Positions 18,540 to 28,558 of a stretch of 64,000 bases of DNA are shown here, one piece after another; the first letter of the stretch is position 1; every line of letters starts with the position of its first letter. The position numbers were made by a program, and so were the translations under genes. The stretch is taken from assembly GCA_016215325.1 (NCBI GenBank), contig JACRJV010000019.1, forward strand, positions 9,959 through 73,958, written 5' to 3'. The notes below the pieces were generated by a model. The model was not told the DNA's origin and searched no databases. It was given only the letters and a program-made list of their open reading frames with translations. This DNA comes from Candidatus Uhrbacteria bacterium (lineage in GTDB: Bacteria > Patescibacteriota > Patescibacteriia > JACRJV01).

Positions 18540-18660
18540 AATTTGAGCATCGTCATTCTGAGGCTAAAACCGAAGTCCCGCCGCAGCGGGATCCCGCCCG
18601 AGGCGGGAAATCCTCAACTACAAGGTCCTGCGCAAAACTCAGGATGACACAACGGACTCG
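18540..18660. repeat. Intercistronic composite palindromic repeat (CGTCATTCTGAGG...CTCAGGATGACA with inner GTCCCGCCGCAGCGGGATCCCGCCCGAGGCGGGAA hairpins)
   Basis: Read directly from sequence; it shares the GTCCCGCCGCAGCGGGATCCCGC word with the uvrB insertion. Confidence 0.6.
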
Positions 18661-19100
18661 TTCACTCTCTTCAAATGTTCAGCAAGGATTTTTACCGCCT
18701 CTTGATACCCTTGTTCTTTCTTCCCGCTGACTTGTGCGATACATGCCGGTGCAATCACAGAATGCGCCCGCCACGATTCTCGGGCATGAATATCCGAAAG
18801 GTGCACTTCCAGGCAAGGGAGCTTCGTGTCCAGCAGCGCGTCATACAAAGCATAACTGTAATGCCCAAGTGCCCCGGGGTTCATGATGATTCCCGCTGCC
18901 GTTGAGGCATTTTCCTGGAGCCAATCGATCAAAGCACCTTCATGATTCGATTGAAAGGCGCGGATGATATACCCTAGAGCCTGCGCCGTGGCGCGCGTCT
19001 GTTGCTGGAGGGCATCCAGCGTCAACGTCCCATACAATTGTGGATCGCGTGTACCAAGGCGATTCAGGTTAGGCCCATGGATAAGGAGGATGGTGTTCAT
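18639..19100 (-). CDS. aroQ: 3-dehydroquinate dehydratase, type II
   Basis: MNTILLIHGPNLNRLGTRDPQLYG...QSNHEGALIDW... Confidence 0.9.
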   Translation of the reverse strand: MNTILLIHGPNLNRLGTRDPQLYGTLTLDALQQQTRATAQALGYIIRAFQSNHEGALIDWLQENASTAAGIIMNPGALGHYSYALYDALLDTKLPCLEVHLSDIHARESWRAHSVIAPACIAQVSGKKEQGYQEAVKILAEHLKRVNESVVSS

Positions 19101-19633
19101 ATCATGCCGGCGCGTAAACATAATGCTAATTTTTCGGTAACTTCACCGATAGAACTATTGTTGGCAATGGTGAACGTCGCTAATCGCTCATAGATTGTCC
19201 GGCGCTGCTCCCACATCCGCTCAAAGGCATCATAGGGGTTTTCGTCCGGGGCAAAAAATGCTGGACGCCCATTGACCATGATGCGTTCGAACACCTGTGA
19301 TTTGGGGGCGGTCACATGGATCACGATGTGGCGGCCGATCATCGGCTGATGCTCGCTCTGGAGGATGGTGCCTCCGCCTAATGAGATCACGATTTGCTCT
19401 TTGGCGGCGAGAACGTTGCGTAATACATCCCCTTCCAACTGACGAAAAAACTGTTCTCCGTGTTCATTCATGATCTGGCGAGCCGTAAGCGTCTGATGAT
19501 GCGTCTGCTCATAGAATTGCTCCAGCTCCCGATCGAGATCACGATACGGCAACTCCATGGTCCGTGCAAGCTCTCGGCCAATGGTTGATTTCCCAACATT
19601 CTTAAATCCAATAAGGAGAATGTGTCTGGTCAT
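19097..19633 (-). CDS. aroK: shikimate kinase
   Basis: ILLIGFKNVGKSTIGRELA (P-loop) and a LID region. Confidence 0.9.
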   Translation of the reverse strand: MTRHILLIGFKNVGKSTIGRELARTMELPYRDLDRELEQFYEQTHHQTLTARQIMNEHGEQFFRQLEGDVLRNVLAAKEQIVISLGGGTILQSEHQPMIGRHIVIHVTAPKSQVFERIMVNGRPAFFAPDENPYDAFERMWEQRRTIYERLATFTIANNSSIGEVTEKLALCLRAGMI

Positions 19634-20934
19634 ACTAAGTTAATTCGTGCGCCCAAAGATTGCATCATCGATACAAAGTTTGGGAACGTTTTGTTAATGC
19701 CTTCGGCCGTGGTAATGATTGTACCCCCTTGGGCGCACAGTCCCGCGATACTCAATGCCATAATGGTTCGATGATCATGATAGCCGTGGAGTTGGGCCCC
19801 AGACAATGACGATTGCCGGATTGTGAGGCTATCAGGTTCTTCTGTAATGTCTGCCCCCATCTTGGCTAATTCTGTGCGCATCGAACGCAGTCGATCGGTT
19901 TCTTTTAGCCGCGCCTGTGCGACGTTCACTAAGTGCGTTGTGTCTTCTGCTTGTGTGGCAATCACCGCAAGGGTTGGGACTAAGTCGGGGATGTCGTTAC
20001 AGTCGATGGTCATGCTATTCAAACTCCGTCCACCCCGAACAATAATACCTTCTTGATTGACCGATATATCTGCGCCCATTTCTTGGAGGATGGAAATAAA
20101 GCGTTTGTCCCCCTGCGCATCATTCATATCGAGCCCATTGAGCACGACCTCTCCTCCGCGCAAAACCCCGGCGGCAATCAAATACGATGCAGAGGAAAAA
20201 TCCCCAGGAATACTTTTTTCAAATGAACGGTAGCGTTGTCCGCCGGAAATGTGGAAGACATCGCGACCACCTTGCGATTGCCACTGATAACGGATGGCTT
20301 GTTCATCCAGCCATCGCGTGGTCATTGCCACATACGGGCGCTCATGGAGGTTCTCCACCGTAATGACAGAATCCTCCGGAGCACAGGGCAAGCTCAACAG
20401 CAGCGCCGAACAAAATTGCGAAGTAATGCCATCGACCCTCGCCGATCCGCCCTTCAGTGGTCCCTCACAGAAAAACGGCCAACCATGATGATCCGGCGCG
20501 GCTGTGACGCGCATCCCAAGGGTGCCAAGAGCATCCACGAGTGGCGTGATTGGACGCTGCCGCATTTGAGGCCCGCAATCGAACTGAATCGGATCCAGCC
20601 CGGTACGCAACCCCAGCATTGGCAGAACAAACCGGGTGGTAATACCAGAGTCACCGGTGAATACCGTTTTGGAAGCCGGACGCAGTGGTAATCCATTGCT
20701 TTCAACCTCTATATCGATGCGATGATTGGACTGCGCGTAAACCTTCACCGTTGCGCCAAGATCGCGGCAGACCCCGACGGCCTGATCGGTATCATCCGAG
20801 GCGAGCGCGTTCAAAAGAGCGCTGGTCCCGCTGGCCATGGTTGCCAACAGCAAAGCGCGCACCGTATGCGATTTTGAACTCGGCGACGTCACAGTGCCAG
20901 AGATAGTCTCGGTTTTTCGAACTTGTATTTCCAT
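19630..20934 (-). CDS. aroA: 3-phosphoshikimate 1-carboxyvinyltransferase (EPSP synthase)
   Basis: GTVTSPSSKSHTVRALLLA, LGAT..., DHRTIMALSIAGL motifs. Start at MEIQ; the track ORF starts earlier. Confidence 0.9.
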   Translation of the reverse strand: MEIQVRKTETISGTVTSPSSKSHTVRALLLATMASGTSALLNALASDDTDQAVGVCRDLGATVKVYAQSNHRIDIEVESNGLPLRPASKTVFTGDSGITTRFVLPMLGLRTGLDPIQFDCGPQMRQRPITPLVDALGTLGMRVTAAPDHHGWPFFCEGPLKGGSARVDGITSQFCSALLLSLPCAPEDSVITVENLHERPYVAMTTRWLDEQAIRYQWQSQGGRDVFHISGGQRYRSFEKSIPGDFSSASYLIAAGVLRGGEVVLNGLDMNDAQGDKRFISILQEMGADISVNQEGIIVRGGRSLNSMTIDCNDIPDLVPTLAVIATQAEDTTHLVNVAQARLKETDRLRSMRTELAKMGADITEEPDSLTIRQSSLSGAQLHGYHDHRTIMALSIAGLCAQGGTIITTAEGINKTFPNFVSMMQSLGARINLV

Positions 20935-21184
20935 ACAATGAGTTCTTCGTATCTCGTTGTAAAAAAGAAAAAACCTCTGGCCGAGGTTCTTGTTGCATTT
21001 CATCCTTTTATCGATTTTGGGTTTACACAATGCCAACAATGTCCTCGGAGGTTGAGGGGGTAAAAATGAACCAAAAAGAATACTGTTTGCATTGCATTAT
21101 CATATGGGTAAACAATAGCGCATTGACGATAGTATGTCAATATGCGCTGGCGTTTTTGGGTGATGTATAGTAGAATTACCCCTT

Positions 21185-24085
21185 ATGGAAAAAATCATCG
21201 TGCGTGGTGCCAAAGAACATAACCTCAAAAATGTGAACCTCGAAATCCCTCGGGATAAGCTTATCGTATTTACCGGGATCTCGGGATCGGGTAAATCCAC
21301 CCTCGCGTTTGATACCATCTTTGCCGAAGGCCAGCGCCGCTATTTAGAATCTCTTTCTTCGTATGCCCGCCAATTTTTAGGGCAGATGAAAAAACCGGAC
21401 GTCGAATCCATCGATGGACTCTCGCCCGCAATTTCGATCGACCAAAAAACCGCATCGCATAATCCGCGATCCACTGTCGGCACCGTCACCGAAATCTACG
21501 ACTATCTGCGATTGCTGTATTCCAAGATCGGCCTCCCGCATTGCCTGGATTGCGGTCGCGCGATCCAGCAACTCACCATTGATCAGATCGTGGAGTCAAT
21601 AATCGATGAGTTCAACGGGCAAGAGGTGATGATCTTTTCCCCGGTCGTGCGCGGGCGCAAAGGCGAATATCATACTCTGCTCAACGACTTCTATCTCAAA
21701 GGGTATGCCAAAGCGCGGGTTAATGGCGCCCTGGTGGCTCTGGGGGAGCGTATTGTGTTGGATCGCTATAAAACCCACACCATCGACATATTGATGGATG
21801 CGGTCATCGCGACCGTTGAGAACATGGGTCGATTGTTTGAGGCCGTCGAATTTGCCACCGGCAATGCCGAGGGAAATGTACTTGTCGCGAGTAAATCAAG
21901 CGGGTCAAGTAAATTAAGCTTGTCGCGAACGAAGAAAAAAAACTCTCTAGAACCTAGCGCCTATAACCTAGAACCTCAAACCGAACGCCTCTATAACCTC
22001 AAACTCGCGTGCCCCTATTGCAATTTGAGTTTTCCCGAAATTGCTCCACGCCTTTTCTCTTTCAACAGCCCCTACGGCGCTTGCCCGACGTGCACGGGGT
22101 TAGGAATAAAAAAAGAAATTGATCCAGAACTGATCATCCCTGACAAAACGAAAACGATCGAAGAAGGCGGAATCCTCCCAGATTCCTACAGCCAATTTAA
22201 TTATTATGGATCGATCTTGCGCTCACTGGCGGATCACTACCACCTCCCCAGCAACCGCCGCATCAAGGACCTCCCCAAAGAAACACTCAATGCCATCCTT
22301 TATGGCGCAGAAGATCCCATTCCTCTGCGTGTCAAATACTACATGAATGGACGGCCGCGCGTCTTCAAGACTCGCTTCCCAGGACTCATCCCATTGTTAG
22401 AGGAACGCTATCAAAAAACAGAATCTGACACGGTGCGATCGGATATCGAGGCGTATATGTCCAGCTCCGATTGTCCCACGTGCCACGGAGCGCGGCTCAA
22501 ACCCGAAGCATTAGCTGTAAAAGTCAGTACCCAGTCGATTGTTGATATCGCGCAACAATCCATCGCCAGCGCATATCAGTTTTTCCAAACGCTCCCCGCG
22601 ATACTCAATGCACGGCAAACACTCATCGCCGATCGCATCCTCAAAGAAATCACCAATCGGCTCAAATTCTTAGTGAATGTCGGCTTAGAATATCTCACCC
22701 TGAGTCGCACCGCCAATACCTTGGCCGGCGGCGAAGCACAACGCATTCGCCTCGCCAGCCAAGTGGGCAGCGCCCTCACCGGCGTGCTCTATGTACTGGA
22801 TGAGCCGTCGATTGGCCTCCATAGCCGAGATAACGCCAAACTGTTAGAGACCTTAAAACACCTGCGCGATATCGGCAACACTCTGATCGTGATCGAACAT
22901 GACGAAGAAACTATGCGAGAAGCCGACTGGCTCGTGGATATCGGGCCCCGCGCGGGCAAGCACGGCGGCACGATCATCGCCAGCGGCCCTCCCGAGCAGG
23001 TGATCAAGCACCCAACATCGTTGACCGCTCAATATTTGCGCGGAGAGCGCTCAATACCAGTGCCAGAGCAACGTCGAAGGCCACGCAAAAACTCTTTAAT
23101 CATTCGCGGGGCTCGCGAACATAACCTTAAAAACATTGCGGTCGAAATCCCGCTGGGGGTGCTTGTCTGTATTACCGGTGTATCAGGCTCGGGAAAATCC
23201 ACGCTCATAGAGGATATCCTCTATCCGGCGCTGGCGAAGAAACTCCATCATGCCAACACCCGGGCGGGACTCCATACAACCATCGAAGGAATCGAACACA
23301 TTGATAAGGTCATTGTCATCGATCAATCGCCCATCGGCCGCACACCGCGCTCGAACCCCGCCACCTATACGGGGATGTTTACGCCCATCCGAGAACTATT
23401 TGCCGCCACCAAGGGGGGGCGCATCCGAGGCTATGGCCCGGGGCGGTTCAGTTTTAATGTCCGCGGCGGACGGTGCGAAGCCTGCCAAGGGGACGGCGTC
23501 CAGAAAATCGAGATGCAATTTTTGCCTGATGTGTATATCCCCTGCGATGTCTGCGCCGGCAAACGCTATACCTCTGAAACACTGGCGATTACGTACAATG
23601 ATAAAAACATTGCAGACGTCTTAGCGATGACTGTTGAAGAAGGATATCTATTTTTTAAAGATATTCCCCAAATTGCCGACAAGCTAAACATCCTTAATGA
23701 TGTCGGCTTAGGGTATATTGAGTTGGGCCAGTCCGCCACCACGCTCTCCGGCGGCGAAGCGCAACGGATTAAGCTCGCCACCGAGCTGGCGCGCCGCGCC
23801 ACCGGCAGAACATTCTACATCCTCGATGAGCCGACCACGGGCTTGCACTTTGAAGATATCCATAAGCTCCTGTCGGTGCTCGAGCGCCTGGTGGATGCCG
23901 GCAATACCGTCTTAGTGATCGAGCATCAACTCGACGTGGTCAAAACCGCGGATTGGATTATTGATCTTGGCCCCGAAGGAGGAGACAAGGGTGGCAGTAT
24001 TGTAGCCCAAGGCACGCCCGAGCAGGTCGCCAAGATGAAACAAAGTTACACGGGACAGTTTTTAAAACCTCTTCTCAAGCAATAA
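21185..24085 (+). CDS. uvrA: excinuclease ABC subunit A (UvrA) carrying an in-frame repeat insertion
   Basis: Two ABC modules ([15 protein letters not shown]; [13 protein letters not shown]), LSGGEAQRI signature twice, and zinc-finger CxxC pairs. Confidence 0.95.
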   Translation: MEKIIVRGAKEHNLKNVNLEIPRDKLIVFTGISGSGKSTLAFDTIFAEGQRRYLESLSSYARQFLGQMKKPDVESIDGLSPAISIDQKTASHNPRSTVGTVTEIYDYLRLLYSKIGLPHCLDCGRAIQQLTIDQIVESIIDEFNGQEVMIFSPVVRGRKGEYHTLLNDFYLKGYAKARVNGALVALGERIVLDRYKTHTIDILMDAVIATVENMGRLFEAVEFATGNAEGNVLVASKSSGSSKLSLSRTKKKNSLEPSAYNLEPQTERLYNLKLACPYCNLSFPEIAPRLFSFNSPYGACPTCTGLGIKKEIDPELIIPDKTKTIEEGGILPDSYSQFNYYGSILRSLADHYHLPSNRRIKDLPKETLNAILYGAEDPIPLRVKYYMNGRPRVFKTRFPGLIPLLEERYQKTESDTVRSDIEAYMSSSDCPTCHGARLKPEALAVKVSTQSIVDIAQQSIASAYQFFQTLPAILNARQTLIADRILKEITNRLKFLVNVGLEYLTLSRTANTLAGGEAQRIRLASQVGSALTGVLYVLDEPSIGLHSRDNAKLLETLKHLRDIGNTLIVIEHDEETMREADWLVDIGPRAGKHGGTIIASGPPEQVIKHPTSLTAQYLRGERSIPVPEQRRRPRKNSLIIRGAREHNLKNIAVEIPLGVLVCITGVSGSGKSTLIEDILYPALAKKLHHANTRAGLHTTIEGIEHIDKVIVIDQSPIGRTPRSNPATYTGMFTPIRELFAATKGGRIRGYGPGRFSFNVRGGRCEACQGDGVQKIEMQFLPDVYIPCDVCAGKRYTSETLAITYNDKNIADVLAMTVEEGYLFFKDIPQIADKLNILNDVGLGYIELGQSATTLSGGEAQRIKLATELARRATGRTFYILDEPTTGLHFEDIHKLLSVLERLVDAGNTVLVIEHQLDVVKTADWIIDLGPEGGDKGGSIVAQGTPEQVAKMKQSYTGQFLKPLLKQ
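21890..21985. repeat. Repeat element inserted in frame in uvrA (GTAAATCAAGCGGGTCAAGTAAATTAAGC plus TAGAACCTAG/TATAACCT words)
   Basis: Translates [31 protein letters not shown] between the conserved ...NAEGNVLVA and [13 protein letters not shown]. It shares the GTAAATTAAGC word with 15478-15535 and the 4HB flanks. Confidence 0.55.
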
Positions 24086-24871
24086 TCATTGACGCTGTCC
24101 GCTGCCGGGCTGTTCGAGGGTATTGAGGAGCCGTTGAAACTCGGCCGATGATTTAAATTCAATCGGCCGCGGATGCGGATACCCGATCGGAGTGTCCAAT
24201 ACGATCCGCGATCCCGCCTGCTGTGAACGGTCTTTGGAGAGCTTGATGACCCGCGTTCCCAAATAAATTGCTTCGGGCAAATCGTGTGTGACAAACACGA
24301 TGGTCATTTTTTCGCGTTGATACACATCGAGCAAAAATTGTTGCATCTGTTGTCGGCGCGCAGAGTCCAACGCGCTGAATGGCTCATCCAATAGTAAGAC
24401 CTTGGGGTGTGTAATCACCGCTTGTGCAATCGCGACCCTCTGCTCCATGCCACCCGAAAGTTGGTATGGGTATTTTACTGCCGCATCTTCTAACCCCATA
24501 TCACGAAGGTACTGCCAAACATGGGCCGACTCTTCGTTGTGGTTCGTAAGCGTACGCAGTCGTTGGGCGCACAATCCAAACACAATATTTTCAAATACGG
24601 TGAGATGCGGGAACAATGAATATTGCTGATACACAATGGTGCAACGCCGATCCGGCATGGTTTTCAACTCCCCCGCAACCATAATACTCCCCTCCCATGG
24701 TTGCTCGGCACCGACCAGGAGTCCTAAGAGTGTTGATTTGCCGCAGCCCGATGGGCCGACAACGGTCACAAACTCTCCCTCATGGACAGAAAGGTTCACC
24801 CCGTGGAGTACGGGTGTCTGTTCGTACCCGTGACGGACACCAGTGATTTCAACGACAGGATTATGAGACAT
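24086..24871 (-). CDS. ABC transporter ATP-binding protein (nitrate/sulfonate/bicarbonate NitT/TauT family)
   Basis: GPSGCGKSTLLGLL, LSGGMEQRVAIAQA, LLLDEPFSALD. Confidence 0.85.
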   Translation of the reverse strand: MSHNPVVEITGVRHGYEQTPVLHGVNLSVHEGEFVTVVGPSGCGKSTLLGLLVGAEQPWEGSIMVAGELKTMPDRRCTIVYQQYSLFPHLTVFENIVFGLCAQRLRTLTNHNEESAHVWQYLRDMGLEDAAVKYPYQLSGGMEQRVAIAQAVITHPKVLLLDEPFSALDSARRQQMQQFLLDVYQREKMTIVFVTHDLPEAIYLGTRVIKLSKDRSQQAGSRIVLDTPIGYPHPRPIEFKSSAEFQRLLNTLEQPGSGQRQ

Positions 24872-24875
24872 ACGG

Positions 24876-25700
24876 TTATCGGGTATACCACGGATATCGA
24901 TGAGCGATCCACCATGCAATCAACGCATCAAATGTAAACGACAATGCCGCGATCCACAAGACATACGGGATGATCACGTCCATCGCCAGGTATCGACGAA
25001 CCAAAAAAATTCGATACCCCAGGCCGTTACTGGAGGCAATGGCTTCCGCAGCGATGAGAAATATCCAGGCGTTTAATAACTGCAATCGCAATGATGTGAG
25101 CGCTGGGGGCATGATCTGCGGCAGAACCACCCGTCGAATTATCGTGGGTGTTCGAGCTCCGAGTGCGAGAGCGCTGATGAATTGTTCTTTGGGCATGCGC
25201 TTCACGCTAAAGTACACGTCCAAAATAATCGTGGGAGTAATACCGATGATAATCAATGCGATCTTCGTGGTTTCTCCAAGACCCGAAATAATAAACACAA
25301 TCGGCAGGATCGCAAGAGGCGGCACCTTGCCAAAATACAAAATGAAACGAAACAGGATTGCTTCCACGATGGGAAAGAGCGCCAGACTCATCCCAATAAT
25401 CACACTCATGCCAAAACTCGCGACTACTCCAACACCAAGGCGCTGAAGACTCGCGACGGAATCTTCAATGAGCAACATTCGTTCATTCTCGCCGGGTGAC
25501 AATACATAGCGGACTCCGCTTACGAGCTGCGCGATATTCGGAACGATTTTATCATCGGGATTCCGTACATGGCGGATGCGCGACACAATCCCGTATCCGA
25601 CCAACACCACCATGAACGCGAGGATGCTCAATGCCAAGCGGCGTCGGTATGCAATCGTGGTATACACCGAAAGACCGAAGAATGATCGGAGACCGTTCAT
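24876..25700 (-). CDS. ABC transporter permease (NitT/TauT family, BPD_transp_1 fold)
   Basis: Six predicted TM segments and an EAA-like loop (ALGARTPTIIRRVVLPQ). Confidence 0.8.
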   Translation of the reverse strand: MNGLRSFFGLSVYTTIAYRRRLALSILAFMVVLVGYGIVSRIRHVRNPDDKIVPNIAQLVSGVRYVLSPGENERMLLIEDSVASLQRLGVGVVASFGMSVIIGMSLALFPIVEAILFRFILYFGKVPPLAILPIVFIISGLGETTKIALIIIGITPTIILDVYFSVKRMPKEQFISALALGARTPTIIRRVVLPQIMPPALTSLRLQLLNAWIFLIAAEAIASSNGLGYRIFLVRRYLAMDVIIPYVLWIAALSFTFDALIAWWIAHRYPWYTR

Positions 25701-25707
25701 ATCCCGA

Positions 25708-26835
25708 TTATTGTTTATCGGTAGCGGCTTCCTGCATGAACTGATCGGTATATCGAATCTTCACATTATTGTTGTCACCAAAGATGCTCCCGTCGGGGAA
25801 TGATACGCCAACGGCCTCGGCCGATTTTGCATTGGGCCCATACAGGCCGTGCTTAAAACTAAATTCAGCCACTTGGGGGGTTATATCCTTGATGGTTTGA
25901 CTGCGCGTGATTTCGGCAGCCTCCTTGGGTGTGTACCACAGGTTCGTCGTTTTGAGTTGTTGTTTGTAGAGATCAACACTCGTGCCACTGCGATCCGCCA
26001 TTTGCTTGAGTGCCCGCTCCGCTTCGGGAGACGACGCTTTCATTATTGCAAGCGTTTCGTACCAAGCACCGGTTAAGGCGCGGGCAAGCTCGGGGTGTGC
26101 CGTTACCACATCGGTCCGAACAAACATGATGTCTAAAATTTCGTAGGGGATTTGAGATGAGTCAAATACTTTCTTTGCTTCGGGCACCTGTGAAAGAATG
26201 GTGAGCAACATCGGGTTCCAGGTCACGACCGCGGGTTGAGTGGCGTTGGAAACAAACACCGGGCCGATATCGCTGTCGCTGGCGTTCACAATATGCAAAT
26301 CTTTTTCCGCTGATTGCCCCGTACACTCTGTTTCGAGAGCGCGAGCGAGCAAATAATGCGAAACAGAATACTGTACCAGATTGATATTTTTATTCTTGAG
26401 GTCGCAGAGCCCCAATCCATCACGGGTAATCACGGCATCATTCCCGTTGGAATAATCGCCCATAATAATCGCCGTTGAATCAATGCCACCCGTACCCGCA
26501 AAATTCATCGCATCCATATTGGTCATGAGTACCGCGTCCGCTTTGCCTGCCACATATGCCTCAATGCTAGGGACATAATCAGCTTGTTGGAGATTGATTT
26601 TGATTCCGTATTTGCACCCCCACGTGTCCAGGATTCCCGATTCTTGAGCATACGGCCACGGCATCCATCCCGCGTAAATTGACCAGAGCACCGTGAATGT
26701 TTGCGTCGTCTTACATTTGCCGATTGAAGATTGGGCGTTCGGAAGCGGCGCACGGCGCTCTATCCCATAGATTGCAATACCCGCCATCGCAACAATAACG
26801 AGTGCTCCACCAAATTTTTTGAATGTATTGGTCAT
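25708..26835 (-). CDS. ABC transporter substrate-binding protein (NMT1/THI5-like)
   Basis: Signal anchor, then a periplasmic binding-protein pattern. It sits in an operon with the permease and ATPase. Confidence 0.75.
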   Translation of the reverse strand: MTNTFKKFGGALVIVAMAGIAIYGIERRAPLPNAQSSIGKCKTTQTFTVLWSIYAGWMPWPYAQESGILDTWGCKYGIKINLQQADYVPSIEAYVAGKADAVLMTNMDAMNFAGTGGIDSTAIIMGDYSNGNDAVITRDGLGLCDLKNKNINLVQYSVSHYLLARALETECTGQSAEKDLHIVNASDSDIGPVFVSNATQPAVVTWNPMLLTILSQVPEAKKVFDSSQIPYEILDIMFVRTDVVTAHPELARALTGAWYETLAIMKASSPEAERALKQMADRSGTSVDLYKQQLKTTNLWYTPKEAAEITRSQTIKDITPQVAEFSFKHGLYGPNAKSAEAVGVSFPDGSIFGDNNNVKIRYTDQFMQEAATDKQ

Positions 26836-26973
26836 AGGGCATTTCAGGCCTCGTGGCATTAATAATAGAACGGTGTATCATACTGATAAGTACGATAATC
26901 GTCAATGAATTTATTGTATTTCATTAAAAATTTTACTAGTATTATTGACATTCTGTGAATAATATGATAAAAT

Positions 26974-26992
26974 TCGTCAATAAAGTTGACGA
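26974..26992. promoter_or_regulatory. Palindromic candidate operator TCGTCAAtaaagTTGACGA (plus ATTATT...AATAAT at 26941-26965) in the divergent ABC-importer/trmB-like promoter region
   Basis: Perfect 7-bp inverted arms, 22-40 bp upstream of the trmB-like start at 27014. Confidence 0.4.
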
Positions 26993-27013
26993 TTATATAC
27001 CCCCATTCTCCCT

Positions 27014-27769
27014 ATGGACAACTCACTCCTTCAGCAACTCGGGCTTCACGAAAAATCGGCGCGTGTGTTCCAAGCAGCTCTGGAATTGGGTGAGGCCACG
27101 ATGACAGAAATCGCCAAAAAAGCGGGACTCAAACGCCCGACCACCTATCTTGTCGTCGATGACCTCGAGTCGATGGGTCTCATCTCGCGAATACTCAAAG
27201 GCAAACGGTTCTACTACTCCCCGGTGCATCCCCGTCGCCTTCAGGATATTGCACGGTTGCGCGAACGGCGAATTGCGGAATCTCTCCCCGAGCTCGTGGC
27301 CCTCTATAACGCATCGACGAATAAACCAAAAATTCAAGCGTTTGAGGGGCTGGAGGGCATGCGCCTCCTCTATAACGAACTCTACCAATCCCTGAACAAC
27401 AAAGAAGAGGCGCTCTTTTTTACCCGCATTGGAGCGTTACGCGAAGTGCTTCCTCAAGCTCTCACCGAATATAAACAGATGCTTGGACAATTAAAGAACC
27501 CCAAGATCCGTGAATTAAACTATGGTGACGATGCGGGGAAACAGTGGTATCACGAAATGCGTAGATTTTATAATAAAAACTTTCAAATGCGCCTCCTCCC
27601 AACAACGCACGAATTTGGTAATTGTGACAACCTTATCTTTGGGAATAAATTAGTTATTTTCTCACTCAAGAACGATGTCTTTGTGATTGTGATTGAAAGC
27701 CCTGAGATCGCCAAAACATTCCGAGCGCTCTTTGACTGGGCGTGGAAAATGGGAAAGGAAGCATCGTAG
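27014..27769 (+). CDS. TrmB-family HTH transcriptional regulator
   Basis: LLQQLGLHEKSARVFQAALELGEATMTEIAKKAGLKRPTTYLVVDDLESMGLI. Confidence 0.7.
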   Translation: MDNSLLQQLGLHEKSARVFQAALELGEATMTEIAKKAGLKRPTTYLVVDDLESMGLISRILKGKRFYYSPVHPRRLQDIARLRERRIAESLPELVALYNASTNKPKIQAFEGLEGMRLLYNELYQSLNNKEEALFFTRIGALREVLPQALTEYKQMLGQLKNPKIRELNYGDDAGKQWYHEMRRFYNKNFQMRLLPTTHEFGNCDNLIFGNKLVIFSLKNDVFVIVIESPEIAKTFRALFDWAWKMGKEAS

Positions 27770-27772
27770 AAT

Positions 27773-28558
27773 ATGTACAGCGCCCGGCAGGTCATGAAGA
27801 CACACGGGACAATTCCTCAAGACTGTGTTACAGTAACACCATCTTATGGTAGGTCTATATTCTCTATGATGCGACGCAATATTCGAGCTTCTGCGCTGCC
27901 AATCGGTATCATGATGATTGCCCTTTTTTCTTGGAATACTCCCAGTGCTCATGCGTTGAGCCTTTGGCAATCACTCCGATCTCTCTTCACGCAAAATCAA
28001 ACAACAGAGGCCCGTGTCGTGACGCCCGCAAGACCCCCGCAACTCCCGGTTACTCCGACTGGCTATCGCAAACCCGCTCCGGCGCCGACTCGTCGCAATC
28101 CCCGCCCTGCAACGCCCGCCTATCGGCCAAAACCAGCAGCCTATCGAGCACCGGTGCAACGACCGACCCCTAAACCCGTTCCAGCATATCGGCCACTGCC
28201 TCCGGCGTATCGACCTCGTCCTATCGAATATCGGACCCCGGCCTCGAGACCCGTTCCGACACCCGCCTATCGACCCGTCACGCCTGCCTATCGCCTTCCC
28301 ACACCTGAATATCGACGCCCACCGGAATACCGGACCCCTGCCCGCCCAGCGCCTCCGCCACCGATAGAGCCCCCAGTAATTCGAGTTCAACCGGCATACC
28401 GTTTTGTGCCACCTCCAGCACCTCTTCCACCGGCATCGGTCATAGATCCCGCTCCGGTTGTCATTCCCCCTCCAGAATACCGTACAAACCCGTCTGGATA
28501 TCGCAGTCTTCGCAACCGTCCAATCAGCACTCTCACGCCATGGTGGTATCAACAATAA
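27773..28558 (+). CDS. secreted proline/tyrosine-rich repeat protein ((P)AYRP(x) repeats)
   Basis: Signal peptide (IGIMMIALFSWNTPSAHA), then about 20 copies of xYRxP / PAYRP. Probable start at the internal MMRRN. Confidence 0.5.
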   Translation: MYSARQVMKTHGTIPQDCVTVTPSYGRSIFSMMRRNIRASALPIGIMMIALFSWNTPSAHALSLWQSLRSLFTQNQTTEARVVTPARPPQLPVTPTGYRKPAPAPTRRNPRPATPAYRPKPAAYRAPVQRPTPKPVPAYRPLPPAYRPRPIEYRTPASRPVPTPAYRPVTPAYRLPTPEYRRPPEYRTPARPAPPPPIEPPVIRVQPAYRFVPPPAPLPPASVIDPAPVVIPPPEYRTNPSGYRSLRNRPISTLTPWWYQQ

